Source: Acholeplasma laidlawii PG-8A
GTDB lineage: Bacteria > Bacillota_I > Bacilli_A > Acholeplasmatales > Acholeplasmataceae
Length of the DNA stretch: 32,000 nucleotides
Direction of reading: 5' to 3'
Assembly: GCF_000018785.1 (NCBI RefSeq)
Contig: NC_010163.1
Location: 720,001 to 752,000 of the forward strand
The notes under the pieces are model-generated. The model was not told the DNA's origin and ran no database searches. It saw only the letters and a program-made list of their open reading frames with translations. The position numbers were made by a program, and so were the translations under genes. Of this stretch, positions 17,887-26,927 are shown in pieces. Positions within the stretch are counted from its first letter, which is position 1. Every line of letters starts with the position of its first letter.

Positions 17887-19008
17887 TTATTTTCTATGTA
17901 GCCAAGAAGGTAATGTACGCTTCTTAGTATCTTCACCAGATGCTTCCTTATTATTTAAAGGCTCTAATCCAGTATCTGTTATTTTTACTTGTTGTGTGCT
18001 GTTGTTTCTAAAGATGTCACCAGCAATCTTTTCAACTTCATTGCCTTTAGCACGAAGTTCATAACCGGTTGCAACGATTGTAACAATCATTTCATCTTCT
18101 AAGTCAACACTGACTGTATGTCCGTAAATAACGTTTAAATCGGACTCAGTTGCATTTCTAATTTCAGTTAATGCTGCTTCAATTTCAAATAATGTCACTT
18201 CAGCCCCAGAAGAGATATTTACGATCGCATCTGTTGCACCATCAATGGATACTTCTAATAATTTGGAATGGATTGCTTTTCTAGCTGCTTCAATCGCACG
18301 GTTTTCACCACTAGCCATACCAATACCCATTAAGGCTGTACCTTTATTTTCCATCACAGTTCTAACGTCAGCAAAGTCAACATTGATCATACCAGGAACT
18401 GCAATAATTTCAGCAATACCTTGTACACCTTGACGTAATACTTTATCAGATTCTCTAAATGCATCTAGTAATTGCATATCTCTATCAGCAATTGAGAATA
18501 ATCTTTCATTTGGTATCACAATTAAAGTGTCAACATTTGGTTTTAACTCTTCAAGTCCAGTAATTGCATGTTGCATACGAAGTGGACCTTCAAATACGAA
18601 TGGTTTTGTTACGATACCGATTGTAAGAACGCCAAGTTCTTTAGCAATACGTGCAACCACAGGTGCTGCACCAGTACCAGTTCCACCACCCATACCAGCA
18701 GTAATAAAAACCATATCTGCATCAGATAGTACTTCTCTAATATCATCCTCAGATTCGAGTGCTGCTTGCTTACCAATAGCTGGTTTAGCGCCTGCACCTA
18801 ATCCTCGAGTCAACTTCTTACCTAATTGAATACGCTCATCTGCTTTGGATACTTTAAGTACCTGAGCATCCGTATTCATCGCTACATATGAAACCCCTCT
18901 AACATCATTTTCAATCATGCGGTTTACTGCAGAGTTGCCTCCACCACCGACACCGATGACCTTGATAACGGGCTTTTGATTAAATTCATCGTTAAATCCA
19001 AAAACCAT
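17887..19008 (-). CDS. ftsZ: cell division protein FtsZ
   Basis: [17 protein letters not shown] and [12 protein letters not shown] tubulin signatures, plus a C-terminal peptide TLPSWLHRK. Start set at ATG 19008 (MVFGF...) with AGGAGTG 7 nt upstream. The GTG at 19053 has no RBS. Confidence 0.95.
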   Translation of the reverse strand: MVFGFNDEFNQKPVIKVIGVGGGGNSAVNRMIENDVRGVSYVAMNTDAQVLKVSKADERIQLGKKLTRGLGAGAKPAIGKQAALESEDDIREVLSDADMVFITAGMGGGTGTGAAPVVARIAKELGVLTIGIVTKPFVFEGPLRMQHAITGLEELKPNVDTLIVIPNERLFSIADRDMQLLDAFRESDKVLRQGVQGIAEIIAVPGMINVDFADVRTVMENKGTALMGIGMASGENRAIEAARKAIHSKLLEVSIDGATDAIVNISSGAEVTLFEIEAALTEIRNATESDLNVIYGHTVSVDLEDEMIVTIVATGYELRAKGNEVEKIAGDIFRNNSTQQVKITDTGLEPLNNKEASGEDTKKRTLPSWLHRK

Positions 19009-19068
19009 GATATCACTCCTATTCATACTACTCTCATTGTAAACTATTTTCACTAAAAAATAAAGACT

Positions 19069-20202
19069 TTAGTAACTTACTTTAGGATAATTCGTTCTTT
19101 CATAAAACTCTTTTTTAAAATCAAGTAATCTGTCCTCTTTAATTGCTTGTCTAATTTCTGCCATTAAGTGCTTTAAATATGCTAAATTTTGGATAGTTAC
19201 TAGTCTTTGACCTAGTTGTTCTTCTGCTTTAAATAAGTGTCTAATATAACTCTTAGAGTACTTTGAAACACTTGATTGTAGATTTGGATCTAGACTTGAC
19301 ATGTCACGTTCAAATTGTTTATTTTTAATAGTCACTTTACCGGTAGTTGTAAGTGCTGTACCATGTCTAGCATTTCTAGTAGGCAGTACACAGTCAAACA
19401 TATCTACACCATTAATGACGTTTTCTAGTAAGTCCTCAGGTGCACCCACACCCATTAAGTAACGCGGTTTATTAAACGGTAAAATCGGGTTTAAATGTCT
19501 TGTCATCTCATACATTTCAGCTTTTGTTTCACCAACGGATAAGCCACCAATAGAATAACCTGGAAAATCCAGTTTAATGAGTTCTTCAGCACAGTGAGTT
19601 CTTAATTCTTTATTTAAACCACCTTGTACAATTCCAAATAAAGCTTGATCAGTTTTTAATGCTTCTTTACCTCTTTTTGCCCAACGAATCGTTCTTTCTA
19701 CAGAATCCTTCATATATTCATAGGATTCATAAGGTGGTGGACATTCATCAAAAGACATAATAATATCCGCACCTAAGTCTTCTTGAATGCGTATCGCATC
19801 TTCTGGACCTAAGAATAATGGAGCACCAGATTTATGATGCTTGAAATGAACACCTTCTTCTTTAATATCACGTAATTTAGCAAGTGAAAATACTTGAAAA
19901 CCACCGGAATCCGTTAAAAGTGCGCCATCCCATTTCATAAATCCACGAATACCACCATGATCTTTTACGATATCTTCACCTGGTTGTTGCCATAGGTGAT
20001 AGGTGTTTGCTAAGATTAAACCTTCTGAAACTTCTTTAATTTCTTCAACTGTTAATGTTTTTACAGTAGCGAGTGTACCTACTGGCATAAAAATAGGTGT
20101 TTCAAACACACCATGTGATGTCGTTAATTTACCAAGCCTAGCACCACTTTGCTTACAAACATGTAATACTTCATATGAAATCAAAATAAAACCACCTTCC
20201 AT
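19069..20202 (-). CDS. tgt: tRNA-guanine transglycosylase (queuine tRNA-ribosyltransferase)
   Basis: [35 protein letters not shown], and a Zn-site-like CxC..C..H region. An alternative start is TTG 20184, preceded by GGAAGGTGG at 6-nt spacing. ATG 20202 has no RBS and would be nearly leaderless. Confidence 0.93.
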   Translation of the reverse strand: MEGGFILISYEVLHVCKQSGARLGKLTTSHGVFETPIFMPVGTLATVKTLTVEEIKEVSEGLILANTYHLWQQPGEDIVKDHGGIRGFMKWDGALLTDSGGFQVFSLAKLRDIKEEGVHFKHHKSGAPLFLGPEDAIRIQEDLGADIIMSFDECPPPYESYEYMKDSVERTIRWAKRGKEALKTDQALFGIVQGGLNKELRTHCAEELIKLDFPGYSIGGLSVGETKAEMYEMTRHLNPILPFNKPRYLMGVGAPEDLLENVINGVDMFDCVLPTRNARHGTALTTTGKVTIKNKQFERDMSSLDPNLQSSVSKYSKSYIRHLFKAEEQLGQRLVTIQNLAYLKHLMAEIRQAIKEDRLLDFKKEFYERTNYPKVSY

Positions 20203-20204
20203 GG

Positions 20205-20232
20205 TTGAAATTATATCATAAAATGGTAGAAT
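20205..20232 (+). promoter_or_regulatory. promoter for the preQ1 riboswitch/queT
   Basis: TTGAAA (20205-20210), a 16-nt spacer, then TGgTAGAAT (20224-20232). It overlaps the divergent tgt -10 element. Confidence 0.5.
20210..20218 (-). promoter_or_regulatory. extended -10 (TGaTATAAT) for tgt
   Basis: The reverse complement of 20210-20218 reads TGATATAAT, 7-8 nt upstream of ATG 20202. Confidence 0.45.
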
Positions 20233-20248
20233 AAGGAATGTAAAAAAA

Positions 20249-20292
20249 TAGCGGTAGCCTAGGGAAATACCCGCTTTAACAAAACAAGGAGT
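20249..20292 (+). promoter_or_regulatory. preQ1-I riboswitch (translational, sequesters the SD)
   Basis: AGCGG-UAGCCUAGGGAAAUAC-CCGCU-UUAACAAAACAAGGAG has three preQ1-I features:
- A 5-bp P1 stem.
- A conserved C immediately 5' of the P1 3' strand.
- A 3' tail identical to the Thermoanaerobacter tengcongensis preQ1-I tail (UUAACAAAACAAGG), as I recall it, which runs into the queT SD.
Loop CCU can pair with tail AGG to form P2. The location upstream of a QueT gene is the typical context. Confidence 0.7.
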
Positions 20293-20297
20293 AAAAA

Positions 20298-20789
20298 ATG
20301 AAAAAAGGTTTAGATTTAAAAGATATTGTCATACAAATGACTATTTCAGCTATTTATGTTGTTTTAGTGTTTGTATTTTATTTTATGAGTTTTGAAGCCA
20401 TTCAATTTAGAATAGCTGAAATACTCTTAGTTCTTGTGTTTTTCAATAAAAAACACACAATAGGGCTCGTTTTTGGTACGTTTTTAGCAAATTACTTTGG
20501 TGCATTCGGTTTAATTGATGCATTATACGGCTCACTTGCTACACTATTAGTATGTATCTTCTTGTACACATTTAGAAAACAATGGGTACTTGCATTACTT
20601 ATCTTTCCAGCCTTATTTAATGGTCTAGTCATTTCTTTTGAAATATCTTATCATTTTGACACATTTAACGTATATTGGTTCAATTTTGGAACCATTGCAC
20701 TTGGTGAACTCATAGTCGTTGCACTACTTGGAATTCCATTTATGCTTTCGTTAAAGAAAACAGATGTCTTAATGGAATATTTGACTTAA
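20298..20789 (+). CDS. queT: QueT family queuosine-precursor transporter (ECF S-component-like)
   Basis: 163 aa with 5-6 TM segments. The [21 protein letters not shown] motif matches the QueT signature (GAIQFRISE). Confidence 0.8.
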   Translation: MKKGLDLKDIVIQMTISAIYVVLVFVFYFMSFEAIQFRIAEILLVLVFFNKKHTIGLVFGTFLANYFGAFGLIDALYGSLATLLVCIFLYTFRKQWVLALLIFPALFNGLVISFEISYHFDTFNVYWFNFGTIALGELIVVALLGIPFMLSLKKTDVLMEYLT

Positions 20790-21790
20790 ATTTGCTTTAT
20801 TTGCTTTTTAACAACTGTGGCAATCGGAACCTGACTGAAATCATGGACGATTTCATAAGGTGATGTGATATTACTTATAGTGCCACGATATAAGTTAATT
20901 TGCCAAATCATATGCGTAAAAACGTGTTTAATTGGTTGTAACTCATCAAGTATTTGAATCTCTAGGCCCAAATCTTGAGCTTGAGTTAATGCACCATTTA
21001 AACTATCTGATTCAATTTGAACAAATTCATAAAACCCATGTAATAAATCTTCAGTACGCTTACGCATGAGAAATCCTTCTTTATATTCAAGTATGAATGT
21101 AAAGTATTGGATTTCTTTTTTTGTTTTTAAAGGACTCATTTTAGGATAGTTTTGCTGAACATTGTTTATGTTAGCTAAACATACTTCTTGTAAAGGACAC
21201 GTATCGCACAAAGGATTGGACACTTTACATACAGTTGCACCCAATTCCATCATACTTTGAGTATATAAGTAAGGATTGTTAGAATTTTCAATCAGTTCTT
21301 TATTCATTTCATTTAATTTCTTCTTATTTTTATCTAATCTAAAATCATCTTCTAGCATTTTAACTCTAGAAAGCACTCGAATGACGTTACCATCGGTAGC
21401 TGGATAAGGTTTATGAAATGCTATAGACATAATTGCGCCTGCTGTGTAGGCACCAATACCAGGTATTTTTAGTATTTTAAAGTAATCTTCTGGTAACTTA
21501 CCATCATGATGATCAATGACATATTGAGCACCTTTATGTAGCATTCTAAATCTTCTATAATAACCAATACCTTGAACTACTTTTAAAATTTCATCAATAT
21601 CTGCCCTAGCAAGATCTTGAATTGTTGGATAAATTGTTAAAAATCTATCATAAAAAGGTAGCATTGTGTCTACCTGGGTTTGTTGTAACATAATTTCAGA
21701 TACCCAAATATGATAGGGGTTATCTGTTTTTCTAAAAGGTAAATCTCGTTTGTTTGTTTGATACCAATCAAATAATCGTAAATATGCCAT
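20786..21790 (-). CDS. mutY: A/G-specific adenine DNA glycosylase MutY
   Basis: HhH-GPD region (IMLQQTQV...GIGAYTAGAI), a 4Fe-4S cluster loop CKVSNPLCDTCPLQEVC, and a C-terminal NUDIX-like domain. Start set at ATG 21790 (GGAGAG RBS) rather than TTG 21805. Confidence 0.9.
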   Translation of the reverse strand: MAYLRLFDWYQTNKRDLPFRKTDNPYHIWVSEIMLQQTQVDTMLPFYDRFLTIYPTIQDLARADIDEILKVVQGIGYYRRFRMLHKGAQYVIDHHDGKLPEDYFKILKIPGIGAYTAGAIMSIAFHKPYPATDGNVIRVLSRVKMLEDDFRLDKNKKKLNEMNKELIENSNNPYLYTQSMMELGATVCKVSNPLCDTCPLQEVCLANINNVQQNYPKMSPLKTKKEIQYFTFILEYKEGFLMRKRTEDLLHGFYEFVQIESDSLNGALTQAQDLGLEIQILDELQPIKHVFTHMIWQINLYRGTISNITSPYEIVHDFSQVPIATVVKKQIKQI

Positions 21791-21810
21791 AATCTCGCTC
21801 TCCAAAGCCT

Positions 21811-21819
21811 ATTTTACCA
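21811..21819 (-). promoter_or_regulatory. extended -10 (TGgTAAAAT) for mutY
   Basis: The reverse complement of 21811-21819 reads TGGTAAAAT. The predicted TSS near 21804 would exclude the TTG at 21805. Confidence 0.4.
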
Positions 21820-21836
21820 AAATAATCATTTGTTGA

Positions 21837-21845
21837 TGCTAAAAT
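21837..21845 (+). promoter_or_regulatory. extended -10 (TGcTAAAAT) for the nitroreductase gene
   Basis: TGCTAAAAT lies about 28 nt upstream of ATG 21873. An AAAGGAAAG RBS follows. Confidence 0.4.
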
Positions 21846-21872
21846 GACTTAGATGAAAGGAAAGATAATGTA

Positions 21873-22481
21873 ATGAAAGATATTATTTTAGGTAGACGCT
21901 CTATTAGAAAGTACACAAATGAAAAGATTTCTAATGAAACTTTAGAAAATATGTTAAACGATGCACTACGTGCGCCTTCAAGTAGAAATTTACAACCAGT
22001 TAGACTTTTCGTAATAGAAAGCCAAACTGCTAGAGAAAAGTTAAGACCAATCCTTATGGGTAATCAACTTCAACTAGACACTGCTTCTCACATTATCCTA
22101 GTCACAGCTGATATTCGCAAATATGATGATGCTCATATTATATTTGATCGCTCAGTTGAACAAGGTATGATGCCTGTTGAAATTAGAAATAGAAATCTTG
22201 AAAGTTTTAAGAATCTTGAAATCAACCCGACTGATACAAACTATTTAAACTCACTTCATTTAGATGGTGGATTATTCTCAATGAACTTTATGCTTGTTGC
22301 AAGAACCTATGGCTATGATACATGTCCAATTGGTGGATTTAATAAAAAGTTAGTTCATGAAGCGCTTGGTATTGATAGTCGTTATGCACCTGTGTTACTT
22401 ATCTCAGTTGGTAAAGCAGATGAATCAGGTTATGAATCCATTCGTTTAAGCGCTAAAGAAGTTACAAAATTTATTGATTAA
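21873..22481 (+). CDS. nitroreductase family (FMN-dependent NAD(P)H oxidoreductase) protein
   Basis: RRSIRKY, the APSSRNLQP motif, and CPIGGF near the C-terminus. 202 aa. Confidence 0.85.
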   Translation: MKDIILGRRSIRKYTNEKISNETLENMLNDALRAPSSRNLQPVRLFVIESQTAREKLRPILMGNQLQLDTASHIILVTADIRKYDDAHIIFDRSVEQGMMPVEIRNRNLESFKNLEINPTDTNYLNSLHLDGGLFSMNFMLVARTYGYDTCPIGGFNKKLVHEALGIDSRYAPVLLISVGKADESGYESIRLSAKEVTKFID

Positions 22482-22495
22482 TTGTCTACTAAAGT

Positions 22496-22525
22496 TAAAA
22501 AGGGGATTGCTCCCCTTTTTTTTTA
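22496..22525. terminator. bidirectional rho-independent terminator
   Basis: AAAAGGGGA-TTGC-TCCCCTTTT followed by a T-run. An A-run upstream lets it work for the convergent ABC operon as well. Confidence 0.8.
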
Positions 22526-22527
22526 TA

Positions 22528-24789
22528 CTATATATCGTAAGAACTAATAATTTGTGCAGGTGTTTTTCTAAGTAATAGTCCCATTGGAAGTAAACCTATG
22601 AGTAGATTGGCTGCATATACAAAGATTACACCAAATAAGATAATGAAGAAATCAATTCTAAAACCAATAAATGTTCTTAGCGGTGAATTAGAAAATGCAC
22701 CTAATATAAATGACATAAGTCCAAAGCCAATGAGCGATGATACTGTTGTTAAAAGTATAATTTCAACAGCAAATGAACTATAGATTTCTAGTTTTCTGAC
22801 ACCTAAAGCTCTATATACAGATATCTCATAGATACGAGATATCATACTAGAACGCATCACAAAGTAAAATGCTAATAAGCCACCACCAATTAAAAAGATT
22901 GTAATAAGTAAATTTGCAGCAGTTTGTTGTGCAATTGCTATATTATTTTGGTCAATGACAGCTTGACTGCTTAATTTCACCATGTAACCTGCATCTTCTA
23001 GTGCTTGTTTAAGTTCTAAATAGTTAGGTGTGAAGATATAAGCATCCAAACTAGCATTTGAAGATTGTAATATAGATTCTTCATATTGTCTAGTTGTTGT
23101 ATAACTTGGACTATTGATAGAATCAAAGTTTGTCAAAGTAAATGCTGTTTTATAATCATATGCATAAATAGCAATATACTTAGCTTTAGATATACCTACA
23201 ACTGTATAACGCTTTTGTGGGTCACTTAATGCACCACTAAATGCTAGTACTTCGCCAATGAAATCCTCTGGACGCCAAATACCTATATCTTGGAAGTTTT
23301 GATCATTTAATACATCTTTTGAATAAACACCATAACTTAAAACAATTTCATTAGCATTTAAAGGTAATCTGCCTGCATATAAATCATTTTGTTTAAGTTG
23401 TTTACTATATTCTATTTTAATATTAGATGCTAAAGATTTAAATGCCCCATTACCTAAATCGATTCTTAACTGGTTACTAGCTGCGAGTCTTTCCATATAA
23501 ATGACATAATCCCCACTGGTTTCACCGTTTACCTTGTCAAGTAAAGCTGATGCACCACCGTTTCCTTGATAAAACGAGTTCTTATTTACCTGGATATAAC
23601 GTTCATCCATCGTAAGCGCATCCTTATAGTCTTTAGTAAGAATGCTATACATATTAATGGTTGCAAATGCCACTAACATACCACTAATCATAAAGATTGC
23701 TAACATGAGTTTACCTTTGCGACCAAAATTCATCAGTTTTCTAAATGCTATCCAAAAACTGTTTTTAAAGGAAATCGTAAACTTCTTATGTTTATCTAAA
23801 TTTGAATGGTCTAATACACTATCATCAAATGTTGTGACTAACATTTCTTCTCTTGTCTTTTTAGTGAAATGCTCATCTTTAACAACCATATGAGACTCTT
23901 CATTTAATAACTTAATTTTTTGAATATCTGATTGAATATCTAAATAAAGTGTTTTATTTTTAATAATTAAACGTACTTGAGTAGGTAATACTTCATCGCT
24001 ATCCGCATAAAAGGATGCCTTTAAGTTCTTAGATTCTAAGTTTGATACTTCAACTAAGTCTTTTAAATATATCGTATTATCATTTGAAAATGCATGGTCT
24101 TGTAACGTGGTATTTTGATCATCATTGATGATTTTACCATCCTTAATTTCAACAATGCGATCCCCATAAAAGCTTGCAAGTTCTTTTTCATGTGTTACTA
24201 ATACAACTAATTTATTTGCAGAAATTGATTTAACGATATTCATAATTTCTAGTGTATTTTTACTGTCTAAGTTACCGGTAGGTTCATCAGCAATAATCAC
24301 TTTAGGATTTTTAACAAGCGCTCGAGCAATCGCTACTCTTTGTTGTTGTCCACCAGATAATTGTGTACTACGTTTTTTTCTAAAACGGTACATACCCACT
24401 TGTTTTAAGATGTAGTTGACTCTAGTTTCTATCTCATTTTTATCTTGAATACCAATCATCTTAAGAACAAACGCCACATTATCAAACACACTTAAGTTTG
24501 GCATTAAGTAATAATTTTGGAAAATATAGCCTACTTCTTCAGTACGTATTTTATCCCATATAGCTGATTTATAATGTGATATGTTATGGTCAAAGAAATC
24601 AATTTGACCCTTTTGAACTTTATCAAGTCCACCAATGACATTAAGTAGTGTTGTTTTACCAGAACCAGATGGTCCTAGTAAAACAACAAGACCCTTATTA
24701 GGGAAATCTAAAGATACATCATTTAATACATGAATACTATTTTTCTTACCACGATTAAAGTGTTTATCTAAATGTTTAACGCTTATCAT
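22528..24789 (-). CDS. MacB-like fused ABC transporter (N-terminal ATPase plus FtsX-type permease with a large extracytoplasmic domain)
   Basis: Walker A GPSGSGKTT, signature LSGGQQQR, and Walker B VIIADEPT. These are followed by TM1, a loop of about 270 aa, and three C-terminal TMs (FtsX-like). Confidence 0.85.
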   Translation of the reverse strand: MISVKHLDKHFNRGKKNSIHVLNDVSLDFPNKGLVVLLGPSGSGKTTLLNVIGGLDKVQKGQIDFFDHNISHYKSAIWDKIRTEEVGYIFQNYYLMPNLSVFDNVAFVLKMIGIQDKNEIETRVNYILKQVGMYRFRKKRSTQLSGGQQQRVAIARALVKNPKVIIADEPTGNLDSKNTLEIMNIVKSISANKLVVLVTHEKELASFYGDRIVEIKDGKIINDDQNTTLQDHAFSNDNTIYLKDLVEVSNLESKNLKASFYADSDEVLPTQVRLIIKNKTLYLDIQSDIQKIKLLNEESHMVVKDEHFTKKTREEMLVTTFDDSVLDHSNLDKHKKFTISFKNSFWIAFRKLMNFGRKGKLMLAIFMISGMLVAFATINMYSILTKDYKDALTMDERYIQVNKNSFYQGNGGASALLDKVNGETSGDYVIYMERLAASNQLRIDLGNGAFKSLASNIKIEYSKQLKQNDLYAGRLPLNANEIVLSYGVYSKDVLNDQNFQDIGIWRPEDFIGEVLAFSGALSDPQKRYTVVGISKAKYIAIYAYDYKTAFTLTNFDSINSPSYTTTRQYEESILQSSNASLDAYIFTPNYLELKQALEDAGYMVKLSSQAVIDQNNIAIAQQTAANLLITIFLIGGGLLAFYFVMRSSMISRIYEISVYRALGVRKLEIYSSFAVEIILLTTVSSLIGFGLMSFILGAFSNSPLRTFIGFRIDFFIILFGVIFVYAANLLIGLLPMGLLLRKTPAQIISSYDI

Positions 24790-26924
24790 AATGTATCTTC
24801 TCTACTTTCTGTAAGATTTTCAATGACTGAAATTTTAAAGGTCTTCTTATTGAATCTTCTAGCTAACCAAATAGATAGATAAGTAAATGTTAGGAATAAA
24901 ATAACATAGTCAAATGGAAGTAAACGTTGTAGGATTAAGTTCATACTGTAATTTGAGTAACTTAAGATATTTATGACAATCATAGATACAATAAATGAAA
25001 TGACCATCATATATACTTGTTCAAATATAACTAATAAACCAAGTTTAGACTCATTGGTACCTATCGATCTAAAGATTGCAAAATCTTTCTTTCTAGAACT
25101 CATTACATTCTTCATGACTGAATATAGAATAAAGTATAAGAATAATGCAAATCCATAAATTAGAGTGTAAAAGAATAGTGAAATCAGAAAGTTGATTGGT
25201 GCAAATAATGCTTGAATCGCATTTTGTTCAAGTGCTGGATAAATCACTCTATATGTTGTTTTATCAATTGCTTTAAAGAGCCTTTCAGCTGTAATTTCAC
25301 TACTTGCAGAAAGTGATAAGGTTTGATTACCACTGGCATTAAGTAATTCATCATGTGAAAAGTAAAGGGCACCACGATTGGAGTCATCAAAAATACCTAC
25401 AACTGTATAATTAATTTCATTATATTCATAGAACTCAACTAAGACAGAAACATTTGTTACGTAATCTTTTCTAACAGGGTCTAATTGTTCTAAATCAAGT
25501 AGGTCCCAGCCATAATATGCAATTGTTTCAATATGATCATAAGTGATTAACCAAGTGATATTGTTAATATTCTTATCCGGAAAATCTTCAAATGGGAATT
25601 TATATATATAAGTATCTAGTTGTATAGGGGTTACTTCTTCTGAAGTAACAACATCTTCTCTACTATAAATAATTGCACCAATATTCACTCTTAAAGCATT
25701 AGATACAACAACTTCAGTAGCACTAAGGTTTGTCATTCTACCATCAACAAGAAATTGAGGTTGTTTAGAGATAAAGTACGTTGTATCATACTTATAAGTT
25801 CGAGGAATATAATCAGTATAACCTTGAGGATGTGTATAATACATATAGTTCGTTTCTATTTCGTCAATGAACAAGACACCTTCGTAAACAAAGTGATTTG
25901 AACCGCTTAGACTAGATAAATATTCAATATCATCTGAAGATATTGTCTGACCATCTTTTCTAACAACATTCATACGATTATCCGACATATTTGAAGTATG
26001 AAAATCAAATATTTGAATATCAGGACCCATATCTAAATTTAAATTAAATAAATCTTGCCTTGCTGTATTCATGACATTACTATACGTCATTGTAAAGACT
26101 AAAATAATCATAACTTGTAGTGCAATAAAAAACAGTAATAATCTAGGTTTTGATAATAGATTTCTTAACGCAAAACGTGCAACTGATGCCACAGTCATCG
26201 GTTTTATCGAGGGCTCAATTTTTACATCCTCATGCGTATTTTGCTTTAACGTCTTATCTTCTACGACTTCACCATCATGCATCTTAATATGGCGTGTTGC
26301 TATTTCTTTAACTTGATCATAATCATGCGTTACGATGATAATTAACTTATCTTTTGATAATTCTTGAAGTAATGAAATAACTTGTTTACTGGATTCGGAA
26401 TCCAAGTTACCTGTAGGTTCATCTGCGACAATAATTGGGGTGTCTTTAGCCAAAGCACGTGCAATGACTGCACGTTGTTTTTGACCACCACTAAGTTTAG
26501 ATGCTTTATGATGTTTATGACTAGTTAATCCAACTTTATCAATAAGTTCTAATGCACGTTTTTTACGTTCTTTTCTAGGATAGTTTTGAACTTCAAGTGC
26601 TAATAGTACGTTTTCATAGACTGTAAATGAATCAATAATATTATAGTTTTGGAAGACAAATCCTACAAATTTAGAACGGTAATTTTCCCAGTCTTTGACT
26701 AAAAAATGAGATGTTTCTTCATCTTGTATATAAAGTTCACCATCTTCATAGCTATCAAGACCTGAAATGACGTTTAAAAGTGTTGATTTACCACTTCCTG
26801 ATTCCCCTGTTACTGCAACAAATTCCCCAATATTAAACTCGAGTGAGATTTTTTGCATCCCAACGGATACACCCTCACCGGACTTATAATATTTAGAAAT
26901 GTTTTCTAGTTTTATAAGTGACAT
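24786..26924 (-). CDS. MacB-like fused ABC transporter, paralogue of the downstream gene
   Basis: Walker A GESGSGKST, LSGGQKQR, and IIVADEPT. The topology is the same as the neighbouring gene, and its TGA stop overlaps that gene's ATG start (ATGA junction). Confidence 0.85.
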   Translation of the reverse strand: MSLIKLENISKYYKSGEGVSVGMQKISLEFNIGEFVAVTGESGSGKSTLLNVISGLDSYEDGELYIQDEETSHFLVKDWENYRSKFVGFVFQNYNIIDSFTVYENVLLALEVQNYPRKERKKRALELIDKVGLTSHKHHKASKLSGGQKQRAVIARALAKDTPIIVADEPTGNLDSESSKQVISLLQELSKDKLIIIVTHDYDQVKEIATRHIKMHDGEVVEDKTLKQNTHEDVKIEPSIKPMTVASVARFALRNLLSKPRLLLFFIALQVMIILVFTMTYSNVMNTARQDLFNLNLDMGPDIQIFDFHTSNMSDNRMNVVRKDGQTISSDDIEYLSSLSGSNHFVYEGVLFIDEIETNYMYYTHPQGYTDYIPRTYKYDTTYFISKQPQFLVDGRMTNLSATEVVVSNALRVNIGAIIYSREDVVTSEEVTPIQLDTYIYKFPFEDFPDKNINNITWLITYDHIETIAYYGWDLLDLEQLDPVRKDYVTNVSVLVEFYEYNEINYTVVGIFDDSNRGALYFSHDELLNASGNQTLSLSASSEITAERLFKAIDKTTYRVIYPALEQNAIQALFAPINFLISLFFYTLIYGFALFLYFILYSVMKNVMSSRKKDFAIFRSIGTNESKLGLLVIFEQVYMMVISFIVSMIVINILSYSNYSMNLILQRLLPFDYVILFLTFTYLSIWLARRFNKKTFKISVIENLTESREDTL

Positions 26925-26927
26925 AAA

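Noticed and set aside
17866-17888. Hairpin GAGGC-GGAA-GCCUU plus a U-run right after the ftsZ stop, a possible terminator before ychF
   Set aside because: It has only three G:C pairs, and most of the U-tract would be consumed by the stem extension. At best it is a weak attenuator, so I did not call it a feature.
18245-18829. ORFs 18245-18433 (+), 18527-18829 (+) and 18609-18797 (-) inside ftsZ
   Set aside because: They are antisense or alternative-frame ORFs inside the conserved ftsZ core. Their Pro/Ala/Ser-rich translations mirror the Gly-rich FtsZ motifs.
20184-20202. Choice between a leaderless ATG (20202) and an RBS-driven TTG (20184) start for tgt
   Set aside because: This cannot be resolved from sequence alone, since both give plausible N-termini relative to other Tgt proteins. 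I kept the longer ORF and flagged the alternative.
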